Shown: piece by piece, positions 1 to 9,203 of the stretch
Layout: every line of letters begins with the position of its first letter
Position numbering within the stretch: the first letter of the stretch is position 1
Assembly (NCBI GenBank): GCA_965277715.1
Contig: OZ255836.1
Span: forward strand, 3,456,001 to 3,520,000
Direction of reading: 5' to 3'
Origin: Gammaproteobacteria bacterium
GTDB taxonomy: Bacteria > Pseudomonadota > Gammaproteobacteria > JBCCGL01
Length of the DNA stretch: 64,000 bases
The notes under the pieces: model-generated
What the model was told of the DNA's origin: nothing
The model's database searches: none
What the model saw: only the letters and a program-made list of their open reading frames with translations
Made by a program: the position numbers and the translations under genes

Positions 1-10
1 GGCGACGAAT

Positions 11-2887
11 GTGGCGGAGACCTCGCTGACTGTGCCGGGGATTCGCTATGTAATCGATACCGGTCTGGCGCGCCTGTCCCGCTATAGTCTGCGCAGCAAG
101 GTGCAGCGCCTGCCGATAGAGAAAATATCCCGCGCCTCGGCCAATCAACGCAAGGGTCGCTGTGGCCGGGAAGCCCCAGGCATTTGTATCCGCTTGTACA
201 GTGAGGAGGATTTTAACGCCCGCCCCGAATTCACCGAGCCGGAAATTGTGCGGACTAATCTGGCCTCAGTGATTTTGCAGATGGCCGCTTTGCGGCTCGG
301 CGAGGTTGAGCGCTTTCCCTTTGTCGAGGCACCCGATGGCCGTTTGATCCGCGACGGCTATCAGTTGTTGTTTGAGCTGGGGGCCGTCAATAAACAACAG
401 GCGCTCACCCCACTTGGCCGACAGCTAGCCAAGTTGCCGCTGGAGCCGCGTTTTGCCCGTATGTTGTTTGCGGCGGGTGAGGAGGGGTGTGTGAGTGAGG
501 TGCTGACCATTGTCAGTGCCCTGTCGGTACTCGATCCACGCGACCGGCCACAGGATAAACAACAGGCTGCCGATCAATTGCATGCCGAGTTCAATCAGCA
601 GGCGGCGGGGAGTGTCAACAGTGATTTCGACGCCTGGCTAAACCTGTGGGCCTTTATCGATGTGCAGTGGCAGGCGCTGTCTCGCAGTAAATTCCGCAAG
701 ATGTGCCAGTCGCGGTTTCTCTCTTATTTACGGGTGCGCGAGTGGCAGGATGTGCGCAGGCAGTTACAGCGCCAGGTCGGTGCGCTCGGTCTGCGTGAAA
801 ACAGCGAGCCCGCCCACTATGCCGCTATCCACCGCTCCCTGCTGGGCGGCCTGCTGTCGAATGTGTGCATGAAAGATGAAAAACGCCAGTACCTGGGCAG
901 TCGCAACCGCAGGTTAAAGATATTCCCTGGGTCGGCACTGCGCAATAAAACACCGCAGTGGCTGGTGGCAGCCGATATCAGCGAAACCTCACAGTTGTTT
1001 GCACGCACGGTGGCGAAAGTCGAGGTTGAGTGGGTCGAGCGTTTGGCCGGGCATTTGTTGAAATACAGCTATTCGCAGCCACGTTGGGAAAAAAGGCGTG
1101 GGCAGGTGGGGGCGAAGCAAAAATCCACGCTGTACGGCCTGGTAATCAATCCAGGCAAGTGGATCAACTACGGGCCGGTTAATGCCGCTGAATCCCGTGA
1201 GATTTTTATCCGCGATGGCCTGGTGGCAGGCCAGTTGTCCAGCAATGCCGGTTTTTACCGGCACAACCTGGCACTGATCGATGAAGTGTTGCAGCTTGAA
1301 CACAAGTCCCGCCGCCGGGATATTCTGGTCAGCCCAGAGGAGTTGGTGCGTTTTTACGCGGGCCTGATTCCCGATGATGTGTATTCAATGCCCACCTTTG
1401 AGCGCTGGCGCAAGGCGTTTGAGGTCGAGTACCCCAGAGGTCTGTATTTTGAAAAAGCGTCGCTGATGCACACCGACGATAATGTGATCAGTGACACCGA
1501 TTTTCCCAATCACCTGGAGATTGGTAGCGCGGTGTTTCCGCTGAGCTATGCCTTTTCGCCCGGCAGCGGCAATGATGGGGTAACCATGACCATTCCAGTG
1601 GCCGTATTAAACCGGGTGGATGCGGCGGTGTGCGAATGGCTAGTACCGGGCCTGCTACTGGAGAAAGTGACCGCTTTAATCAAATCACTGGCAAAGCCCC
1701 TGCGGCGCAATTTTGTCCCCGCGCCGGATTTTGCCCGGCAGTGTATCGCCATGTGGGATGTTGCCGTGCCGCCAACCATCGGTTTGTATAGCGCCCTGGC
1801 CAGGGCGCTCTCCAGCACTGGCCGCTGCAAAATCAGCCCGCACGATTTTGAAATCCCCTTATTGGCAACGCATCTGTCAATGCGCTTTGAGATTATCGAT
1901 GCGCACGGCAAGCTACTCGCCAGTGGCCGTGACCTGGATGCATTGAGCCGACAATTTGCTACACAAACCGCCTCCAGCTTATCGAAAATTGTCGCGCCAA
2001 CGCTGGAGCGCGAAGCGATAAACGACTGGAATTTTGGCGATTTGCCCACCTCGGTGGAAGTACAGGAAGGCAGCGGGAAAAGTGCCGTAAAATTGCTTGC
2101 CTATCCCGCCTTGTGTGAGCAGGGTGAGGACATCAGCCTGCGCGTATTTCCCACCCAGGCCGCTGCCGCTGGGTCGATGCACAATGGTTTGCGCGCACTG
2201 TATCAGCGGGTGCTGAAAAATGAGCACCGCTATATTCTCAATCGACTGCCGGGTATGGATGCGCTGAGCCTGATCTACGCACCGTTTGGCAGCGGTGAAG
2301 CCCTGCGCCAGGATTTATCCCACGCCGCGTTTGTGGGTGCTTTAATGCAGGGGAAAAGCGTGCCGCGTCGGCGTGACGACTTTTACCAGGTTATCGCGCA
2401 ACATCAAAAAGACCTGTTGCCACTGGCCAATACTTTGCTGGAATTACTCGACACCAGCCTGCGCGCCTACCGACAATTGGCCAGGCGCATCGGCCAATCG
2501 AACCGCCTGAGTTGGGTGGAACCACTGGAGGACATTCACGGGCAACTGGCGCTATTGTTTGCCCCCGGGTTTATTGGCAAAGCCGGTGCCACCTGGCTAA
2601 AGCGCTATCCGGTCTACCTGAAAGCGATTGAGCGCCGACTGGACGCGATCGATAAATCACCCGAGCAAGACAGGCTTAAACGCGCCGGGTTTTTACCGCT
2701 GTGGCAACAGTTCAGGCAGCGGCTGCCAGTGTGTGGCAGCGATGCCGGGTGTGATGAGCGCCATATGCACTACCGCTGGCGGATGGAAGAGCTGCGTATA
2801 TCGTTGTTTGCACAGAGCCTGGGAACCTGTGAAAAGGTCTCATTGCAACGATTAGAGCGCGACCTGGAAGGGTTTGCTGACGTATAG
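11..2887 (+). CDS. hrpA: ATP-dependent RNA helicase HrpA, 5' part outside the window
   Basis: AETSLTVPGIRYVID and QRKGRCGR helicase motifs plus HA2/OB and DUF3418-type C-terminus (EELRISLFAQ). The frame is open to the window edge. Confidence 0.95.
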   Translation: MAETSLTVPGIRYVIDTGLARLSRYSLRSKVQRLPIEKISRASANQRKGRCGREAPGICIRLYSEEDFNARPEFTEPEIVRTNLASVILQMAALRLGEVERFPFVEAPDGRLIRDGYQLLFELGAVNKQQALTPLGRQLAKLPLEPRFARMLFAAGEEGCVSEVLTIVSALSVLDPRDRPQDKQQAADQLHAEFNQQAAGSVNSDFDAWLNLWAFIDVQWQALSRSKFRKMCQSRFLSYLRVREWQDVRRQLQRQVGALGLRENSEPAHYAAIHRSLLGGLLSNVCMKDEKRQYLGSRNRRLKIFPGSALRNKTPQWLVAADISETSQLFARTVAKVEVEWVERLAGHLLKYSYSQPRWEKRRGQVGAKQKSTLYGLVINPGKWINYGPVNAAESREIFIRDGLVAGQLSSNAGFYRHNLALIDEVLQLEHKSRRRDILVSPEELVRFYAGLIPDDVYSMPTFERWRKAFEVEYPRGLYFEKASLMHTDDNVISDTDFPNHLEIGSAVFPLSYAFSPGSGNDGVTMTIPVAVLNRVDAAVCEWLVPGLLLEKVTALIKSLAKPLRRNFVPAPDFARQCIAMWDVAVPPTIGLYSALARALSSTGRCKISPHDFEIPLLATHLSMRFEIIDAHGKLLASGRDLDALSRQFATQTASSLSKIVAPTLEREAINDWNFGDLPTSVEVQEGSGKSAVKLLAYPALCEQGEDISLRVFPTQAAAAGSMHNGLRALYQRVLKNEHRYILNRLPGMDALSLIYAPFGSGEALRQDLSHAAFVGALMQGKSVPRRRDDFYQVIAQHQKDLLPLANTLLELLDTSLRAYRQLARRIGQSNRLSWVEPLEDIHGQLALLFAPGFIGKAGATWLKRYPVYLKAIERRLDAIDKSPEQDRLKRAGFLPLWQQFRQRLPVCGSDAGCDERHMHYRWRMEELRISLFAQSLGTCEKVSLQRLERDLEGFADV

Positions 2888-2975
2888 GTTCAGGCGTTCC
2901 CCCGCTTCCAGCAGGCCACTACAGGTGGAGGGTGAAACTTCTGGTAGCATGAATGGTTTTAGTTGAGGGTGGGCG

Positions 2976-3596
2976 ATGGTGCCATTTGATGTTGCGTTGA
3001 CCTTTTTTGCCGCGTCGCTGGCGTTGGCGCTGGTGCCAGGGCCGGATAATATTTTTGTGCTTACTCAGTCAGCTTTGTCTGGCCGGGTTGCCGGGCTGTT
3101 GGTGACGCTGGGGTTATGTACCGGTCTGGTGGGGCATACGCTGGCCGTGACGTTGGGGGTGGCGGCTGTTTTTCAGGCATCTACGCTGGCTTTTACGGCC
3201 TTGAAGCTGCTTGGTGCGGCTTATCTGGTGTACTTGGCCTGGCAGGCGTTTAACGCGTCTGTCAACCGCGTCGACAATGCTGAGGGCGAATCGCTGAGCG
3301 GCTGGCAATTGTATCGGCGCGGTATTTTCATGAATATCACCAACCCAAAGGTCTCGCTGTTTTTCCTGGCGTTTCTGCCTCAGTTCGCCGATCCGGTGCG
3401 GGGTGTGCTCAGTGTGCAATTGCTGGTGTTGGGTGGTTTGTTTATCGTTGCCACGCTTGGGGTATTTGGGGCAGTGGCGATGCTGGCTGGCGGGCTGGGG
3501 CAGTGGCTGAATCGCTCACCCCGTGCGCAGCAGTTAATGAACAGGGTTGCCGCCGTGGTATTTGTTGCACTGGCGGCTAAATTAGCGGTGTCATAA
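2976..3596 (+). CDS. LysE/RhtB family amino-acid exporter
   Basis: PGPDN and NITNPKVSLFFLAFLPQF motifs; hydrophobic, 206 aa. Confidence 0.92.
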   Translation: MVPFDVALTFFAASLALALVPGPDNIFVLTQSALSGRVAGLLVTLGLCTGLVGHTLAVTLGVAAVFQASTLAFTALKLLGAAYLVYLAWQAFNASVNRVDNAEGESLSGWQLYRRGIFMNITNPKVSLFFLAFLPQFADPVRGVLSVQLLVLGGLFIVATLGVFGAVAMLAGGLGQWLNRSPRAQQLMNRVAAVVFVALAAKLAVS

Positions 3597-3712
3597 TTTT
3601 GACGACTGGCCGACGTCCCCTGTCAAATCTCAATGGGTGTTTTTGCCAAGTACCGCAAATATACGTATATAGCGTTTGACTTACGCGAGGGCTATCACGC
3701 ATAGTCAATTTT

Positions 3713-4399
3713 ATGACACCCAATAATGCTTACCTCAAACGCCTGCCACAGTGGTTTTCCACCTGTCTGCCTGTCTTATTGTTTGCCTGCCTGGTTGCCT
3801 GTGGCGGTGGTGGCACCGGTGGCGCTACTGCAAATAGCACCGCCGGTAGTGCCACGACCCCAGCCGGGCTGCGGGGCAGTGCCAGTGAAACCACTCTGGT
3901 GGTCGATTTTTTTCGCAATGGGTGTGTTAGTGAGCAGGTAGGCCTGTGTTTACAGGTGAGTGACGCGGCAGGCGGGCGCAACGTCAACTTCTACACGCCC
4001 ATCGATGGGTTTAGTTTTGAGTGGGGGTATCGCTATACCCTGCGCGTTATGGTCACCACCGTACAAAATCCACCAGTCGACAGTGCGTCGCTGGCCTATA
4101 CGCTGATCGAACAAACCAGCCGCCAGGTTGCCGCCAATGCGGGGGAGTTTCGGCTTTTTATGCCCGGTGTCGACCGGCTTATCGAGAAAAGATCACCGAC
4201 GCTTTATGCACTCAGCGACGGCAAAACCTTTCAGTGCAACGCGGTGGATTGCGCCATGCTGGATGCATTGATCACACAGCGGTTTTCGGCCTTGTTGGTA
4301 TTTGAACTGGCGGCCAATGTCGACGCCCCTTTGGTGTTGACGCGCATTGAATGCAGCGATGCGCCGGTTTCGTTTGCCGGTAGCTGCCTGCAAAACTAA
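3713..4399 (+). CDS. Lipoprotein with DUF4377-like domain
   Basis: Lipobox LVAC-GGGG; CLQV...FYTPIDGFSFEWGYRYTLRV...PPVDSASLAYTL resembles DUF4377. Confidence 0.7.
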   Translation: MTPNNAYLKRLPQWFSTCLPVLLFACLVACGGGGTGGATANSTAGSATTPAGLRGSASETTLVVDFFRNGCVSEQVGLCLQVSDAAGGRNVNFYTPIDGFSFEWGYRYTLRVMVTTVQNPPVDSASLAYTLIEQTSRQVAANAGEFRLFMPGVDRLIEKRSPTLYALSDGKTFQCNAVDCAMLDALITQRFSALLVFELAANVDAPLVLTRIECSDAPVSFAGSCLQN

Positions 4400-4458
4400 G
4401 GTTCGTTAGAAAAATAGCATCCTGATATACTGCCAGCCTTTTTTGAAGGGGTAGTGCA

Positions 4459-4623
4459 ATGCACACCTGGGCACGACTTTCTATCAGCCTGTTACTGGTG
4501 TTTTTCGCCGCGCTGGCCTCTGGCTGTGGTAACAAAGGCGATCTGTACCTGCCGGAAACGACCACCACCACGGACGATGAATCAAAACAAAAAAAACCAC
4601 AGGGAGCTGTGGAAAATCAATGA
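4459..4623 (+). CDS. lptM: Small lipoprotein LptM/YifL (54 aa, not in the ORF track)
   Basis: Translated by hand: MHTWARLSISLLLVFFAALASGCGNKGDLYLPE...; CGxKGxLYLP signature; ATGA overlap with lysA, which is its conserved position. Confidence 0.88.
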   Translation: MHTWARLSISLLLVFFAALASGCGNKGDLYLPETTTTTDDESKQKKPQGAVENQ

Positions 4624-5876
4624 GTGCATTTACCTACCAAAATGGCCAGTTACATGCAGAGGGCGTCGATTGCCAACAGTTGGCAGCCGAGTTTGGCACG
4701 CCTGTTTACGTGTATTCACGCCAGGCGTTGGAATCTGCCTGGCGGGCGTTTGACCTGGCGCTGTCTGCACGCCCTCATCTGGTGTGTTACGCGGTCAAGG
4801 CGAATTCAAATATTGCGGTGCTGAATGTATTGGCGCGGCTTGGTTCAGGCTTCGATATTGTCTCCACGGGTGAGCTGGAGCGGGTTCTGGCGGCGGGCGG
4901 TGACCCGGAGAAAACAGTGTTCTCCGGCGTGGGTAAGCGGCACGCGGAAATAGCCCACGCACTGGAAATCGGCATCCGCTGTTTTAATGTCGAATCGGTC
5001 TCTGAGTTGCAGAGGATTAACCAAATTGCCGCTGCGCACGGCGCAATCGCCGCCGTATCGCTGCGTGTCAACCCGGATGTGGATGCAAAAACCCACCCCT
5101 ATATCTCCACCGGCCTGAAAGAAAATAAATTTGGTATCCCTATGGATATAGTGGTGGATACCTACCGGCGCGCCTCGGCAATGGCGAATCTGTGCATTAC
5201 CGGTATCGATTGCCATATTGGTTCACAGCTCAGTGATATCACCCCTTATGTCGATGCCCTGGATCGGCTGCTGTGCGTAATCGATACATTGGCAGAGGAG
5301 GGTATCGCCATTGAACACCTCGATATTGGCGGTGGGCAGGGTATTCGCTACCGCGATGAAGCGCCCATCGACCTCACCACCTGGTCGGCAGAGGTCAACC
5401 GTCAGTTGGGTGACCGCCCGCTGGAAATTTTGGTGGAGCCAGGCCGCGCCATAGCCGGTAATGCCGGTGTTCTGTTGAGTAAAATTGAATACTTAAAGCA
5501 CACCGAGGCAAAGAATTTTGCTGTTATCGATGCGGCGATGAACGATTTAATTCGCCCTGCGTTGTATAGCGCCTGGCACGATATAGTGCCCGTTACACAA
5601 GCGAAAACACCGGCAACCCAGCGCTATGATGTGGTCGGCCCGGTATGTGAAAGCAGTGACTTTATCGGCAAGGACCGGCCGCTCGATGTGGTTGAAGGCG
5701 ATTTGCTGGCGGTCATGTCGGCGGGTGCTTATGCCTTTGTGATGAGTTCTAACTATAACAGCCGGGCGCGTGCCGCCGAGGTGATGGTGGACGGCGATGG
5801 TGCCTGTTTAGTGCGCGAGCGCGAATCGCTGGCCGATTTATTGGCCGGTGAATGCTGCCTGCCGGGTGGGGCATAG
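4620..5876 (+). CDS. lysA: Diaminopimelate decarboxylase
   Basis: YAVKANS, HIGSQ, EPGR, GPVCES, MSSNYN motifs. Confidence 0.97.
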   Translation: MSAFTYQNGQLHAEGVDCQQLAAEFGTPVYVYSRQALESAWRAFDLALSARPHLVCYAVKANSNIAVLNVLARLGSGFDIVSTGELERVLAAGGDPEKTVFSGVGKRHAEIAHALEIGIRCFNVESVSELQRINQIAAAHGAIAAVSLRVNPDVDAKTHPYISTGLKENKFGIPMDIVVDTYRRASAMANLCITGIDCHIGSQLSDITPYVDALDRLLCVIDTLAEEGIAIEHLDIGGGQGIRYRDEAPIDLTTWSAEVNRQLGDRPLEILVEPGRAIAGNAGVLLSKIEYLKHTEAKNFAVIDAAMNDLIRPALYSAWHDIVPVTQAKTPATQRYDVVGPVCESSDFIGKDRPLDVVEGDLLAVMSAGAYAFVMSSNYNSRARAAEVMVDGDGACLVRERESLADLLAGECCLPGGA

Positions 5877-5892
5877 CCCACGGGGTATATTG

Positions 5893-6723
5893 ATGCTGCT
5901 CAATTTCAGCAAAATGCACGGCCTCGGTAACGACTTTGTGGTTATCAACGCCATTGATACGCCGGTTTCACTGAGCGCTGAGCAAATCCGCAGGCTGGCC
6001 GACCGGCGCACGGGTGTCGGTTGCGACCAACTGTTGCTGGTGCGGCCTTCCACTCACCCGCAGGCCGATTTTGATTACTGTATTTATAACGCCGATGGCG
6101 GTGAAGTGGAGCACTGTGGCAACGGGGCGCGCTGTTTTGCGCTGTTTGTTCGCGAGCAGGGGTTGAGTGAGAAATCCCGCATTCCGGTCAATACCCGTGC
6201 CGGGTTAATTGAATTGCAGTGCGAAGACGACGGCCAGGTCACTGTGATGATGGGTGTGCCAGCGTTCGAACCTGACCGCATCCCGTTTCTGGCTAAACAG
6301 CGTGCACTGTACTACCCGCTCACTGTCGGTGAGTCATCGGTCACTATCGGTGCGGCGGCGATTGGTAACCCACACGCAGTGTGTGACGTGGATGATGTCG
6401 ACAGCGCAGATGTCAGGCATATCGGCGCGGCGCTCGAAGCGCACCCGGATTTTCCCCAGCGGGTTAATGTCGGTTTTCGCCAGTGTGTGAGCGCCAAGCA
6501 TATTCGCCTGCGTGTATTTGAGCGCGGGGTCGGTGAAACCCGCGCCTGTGGCACGGGAGCCTGTGCGGCGGTGGCGATTGGTGTGCTGCAGGGCAGGCTG
6601 GATAAGGCTGTGCGCGTATCACTGCCCGGTGGTGACTTGATGATAAACTGGCTGGGTGAAGGCCACCCTGTAATGATGACTGGCCCTGCCAGCCTGGTAT
6701 ACAACGGAACAATCGATTTATGA
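5893..6723 (+). CDS. dapF: Diaminopimelate epimerase
   Basis: FSKMHGLGNDF, CGNGARC, ERGVGETRACGTG; start moved to ATG 5893. Confidence 0.97.
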   Translation: MLLNFSKMHGLGNDFVVINAIDTPVSLSAEQIRRLADRRTGVGCDQLLLVRPSTHPQADFDYCIYNADGGEVEHCGNGARCFALFVREQGLSEKSRIPVNTRAGLIELQCEDDGQVTVMMGVPAFEPDRIPFLAKQRALYYPLTVGESSVTIGAAAIGNPHAVCDVDDVDSADVRHIGAALEAHPDFPQRVNVGFRQCVSAKHIRLRVFERGVGETRACGTGACAAVAIGVLQGRLDKAVRVSLPGGDLMINWLGEGHPVMMTGPASLVYNGTIDL

Positions 6724-7406
6724 GCAAACTGCAAAACAGGCCAGAAAGTGCCACCGAAAGCAGCCCAATACAAGCCGCTGCCGATGAGTCGCTGGTGGTA
6801 GATTATTTACTGTCCCACCCGGATTTTTTTACGCATAGGGATGACCTGCTCATCCAGCTACGCATTCCACACCAGAGTGGTGGCGCTATTTCATTGGTTG
6901 AACGCCAGGTCAGTGTACAGCGGGAAAAAAGCCAACGATTGGAAAAACAACTCAAGGAACTGTTGTCAGTGGCCCGTGAAAATGAGCATTTGGGGTTGTT
7001 ACTTCACCAGTTTGCAGTGAGTTTGATGTGCACCGACAGCGTCGATACCGTACTGACCGTTACGCGTGAGACGGCGTTGCGTGACTTTCATGCCGACCAG
7101 GTGGCGTTTCAACTGTTTGACGAAGACACCGCGATTATAGATGTGTTTGCCGATATGTCTGCAACGCACAATGTAGTGTGTGGCCAATTATCTGTCGAGC
7201 AAAGTGCGCTGTTATTTGACGACGCGGACGAGGTTGCCTCGGTCGCGTTGATCCTGTTGCACGCAGAGGGCAATAACCTTGGGGTGCTCGCGCTCAGCAG
7301 TGTTGATGAGACCCGTTTTCACCCGTCCAAAGGGGTGTTGTTTTTATCGCAGTTGGGTAGCCTGCTTAGCCATCGCCTGTCTGTTTTGCTTGATAATTCC
7401 CTGTGA
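6720..7406 (+). CDS. DUF484 family (YigA-like) protein
   Basis: YLLSHPDFF...IPH..GAISLVERQ; conserved position after dapF. Confidence 0.9.
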   Translation: MSKLQNRPESATESSPIQAAADESLVVDYLLSHPDFFTHRDDLLIQLRIPHQSGGAISLVERQVSVQREKSQRLEKQLKELLSVARENEHLGLLLHQFAVSLMCTDSVDTVLTVTRETALRDFHADQVAFQLFDEDTAIIDVFADMSATHNVVCGQLSVEQSALLFDDADEVASVALILLHAEGNNLGVLALSSVDETRFHPSKGVLFLSQLGSLLSHRLSVLLDNSL

Positions 7407-7651
7407 TAGTGGCTCGACGCGCAACTGTACGAATCACAATGCCTTTTGGTTAAAAGACAGCCTGCCGTTAGTATTTTCTGATCGGGAAGTTTCTGCCGGT
7501 GGCATCAAAGGTTTGATTATCCTATTCAGCACCTTAGACGCCCTCGCTACGATTCAACTGCGGAATTTAGGATTATCGATGACGGTAAAATCGAGTTGAT
7601 CAGTAAATGGATAAGGGGTGGTTTTCTGCGTCTGTTCTATAATAATTAACC

Positions 7652-8626
7652 ATGTATTACTATCGTATTTATGGTTTATCGGTAAGCAGCACCCATTCAC
7701 TACAAGGGGTGACAGCACAAGCGAAACGTGTAAAAAGTGACCTACAGATACACTGGCACCCTATCCCTTACGAGCTGCATTGGCAGGCGATAGACACGGC
7801 TGAACTACGCAGTCGTCGCAAAATAAATATGCACTGCGCAAAGCACGGTGAGCAGACGGTGCTACGGGTAAGTATTAACATGGAGCGTGCCAAACAACGC
7901 TTTTCTTTAACGCTCGAACCTGTAAGCGGTCAAGTATGGCTCGACTGGTCAGACACTGTACCGCTGGCCGATATTGAAGCCTACCTCTTAGGCCCGGGCT
8001 TGGGGTTTATATTACGCGCCCGTGGGGTATCGTGTTTGCACGGTGCGGTAGTAAGTACTGAAGGGCGGGCCGTTGCTCTGCTTGGCGCCAAAAAAACCGG
8101 AAAGTCCACTACCGCTGCCGTATTGGCAGATCATGGCTGGTCTGTGCTTGCAGACGATATAGTCGTACCCGAGATTTCAGGGCAAAAAGTATGGGTGCAA
8201 CCCGGTTATGCCCGAATACGGCTATGGCCTGAATCTCTGCACGCTTTACAGCACAAGCCAGACACGCTTAGCAAAGTCACCGCACATTTAGACAAGCGCT
8301 ACCTGAACGCTGATAGCGTGTTTTACCCCCGGCCTTTACCCCTGGCAGCAATCTATATTTTAGAGCAGCGTAATAATGATCATGTAAAACCGTTTATCAA
8401 CAGTATCGCTACAAAAGATAAAATAGTGAGCTTATTGAAAAACAGCCATGTAAGTTACGGCGTTATTACGCCAGCGCTACGGGCAAAAGAATTTACCGAT
8501 TTTCATGCGTTGGCGGCAAGGGTGCCGATCCGTACATTATGTCGTGCGGACAATATCACGCAGCTTCAGCAGATAAGCCAATTATTGTCAGAGGATATAA
8601 AAACCACCGATATATACAGCGGATAA
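7652..8626 (+). CDS. HPr-kinase-like P-loop kinase (type found in lasso/PqqD clusters)
   Basis: LHGAVV...LLGAKKTGKSTTAA Walker A, LADD, RIRLWPES, PLPLAAIYIL. Confidence 0.8.
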   Translation: MYYYRIYGLSVSSTHSLQGVTAQAKRVKSDLQIHWHPIPYELHWQAIDTAELRSRRKINMHCAKHGEQTVLRVSINMERAKQRFSLTLEPVSGQVWLDWSDTVPLADIEAYLLGPGLGFILRARGVSCLHGAVVSTEGRAVALLGAKKTGKSTTAAVLADHGWSVLADDIVVPEISGQKVWVQPGYARIRLWPESLHALQHKPDTLSKVTAHLDKRYLNADSVFYPRPLPLAAIYILEQRNNDHVKPFINSIATKDKIVSLLKNSHVSYGVITPALRAKEFTDFHALAARVPIRTLCRADNITQLQQISQLLSEDIKTTDIYSG

Positions 8627-8872
8627 AGACACTTATGCCTCGCGAACGAAACCCCTATAGCACCACGAATAAATACAAAGGTTAAAAGGTGAACTAACGT
8701 CTGCCCTTTTTCTATGTGGGCAGCGTAGGGTGTTATAGAACGTACACAAAATAATGTCCACTTTTACCATGTTATTTAAACAATGCGTTATGTGTTAATG
8801 GCACACTCAGCCAACTCATCTATAAGGAGTCGATACATTTGCAAACCCCGGAAGTTATTTCGTGCACGTTCC
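8613..8872. repeat. Repeat family A: ~260-bp dispersed repeat containing a 136-bp MITE-like unit (8737-8872)
   Basis: Inverted, highly similar copy at 52046-52309; terminal inverted repeats (A/G)GAACGTACACAAAATAA ... TTATTTCGTGCACGTTCC. Confidence 0.85.
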
Positions 8873-8999
8873 TTAGCCACCCCCAAAAAAAACAGGTGGC
8901 GAGAGCCTGTCCGCTTCTCAGTTTTTTTCCGTGCATTAATTGACTATTGGCAGGTGGCAGCCTAGTATAATCAAGAAAATTGTCGTTTAGAGGTCAGCT

Positions 9000-9182
9000 A
9001 TGCTGAAGTGTGCCTGTTTCATTGCGTTGGGTGTTTTTTTGATAGCCTGTGGCGGCGGTGGCGGCTCTACTTCAAACGATAATAATGGCAGCGGTCAAAT
9101 GCAGGGTCCGGTGACACCTTCACCCACGACCACCGCCGCGACTGCCGATAGATCGGTTCTTGATGGCAGTGTCTTGCAGTAG
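9000..9182 (+). CDS. Small putative lipoprotein, possibly truncated
   Basis: GAGG RBS, lipobox LIAC-GGGG, 60 aa. Confidence 0.5.
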   Translation: MLKCACFIALGVFLIACGGGGGSTSNDNNGSGQMQGPVTPSPTTTAATADRSVLDGSVLQ

Positions 9183-9203
9183 CCCTTAGGTGGAGAACGA
9201 GCA

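Noticed and set aside
4454-4753. 99-aa ORF in the ORF track
   Set aside because: Wrong frame; the real gene is lptM at 4459-4623
8783-8965. 60-aa ORF
   Set aside because: Begins inside the family A MITE-like repeat and has no protein motif
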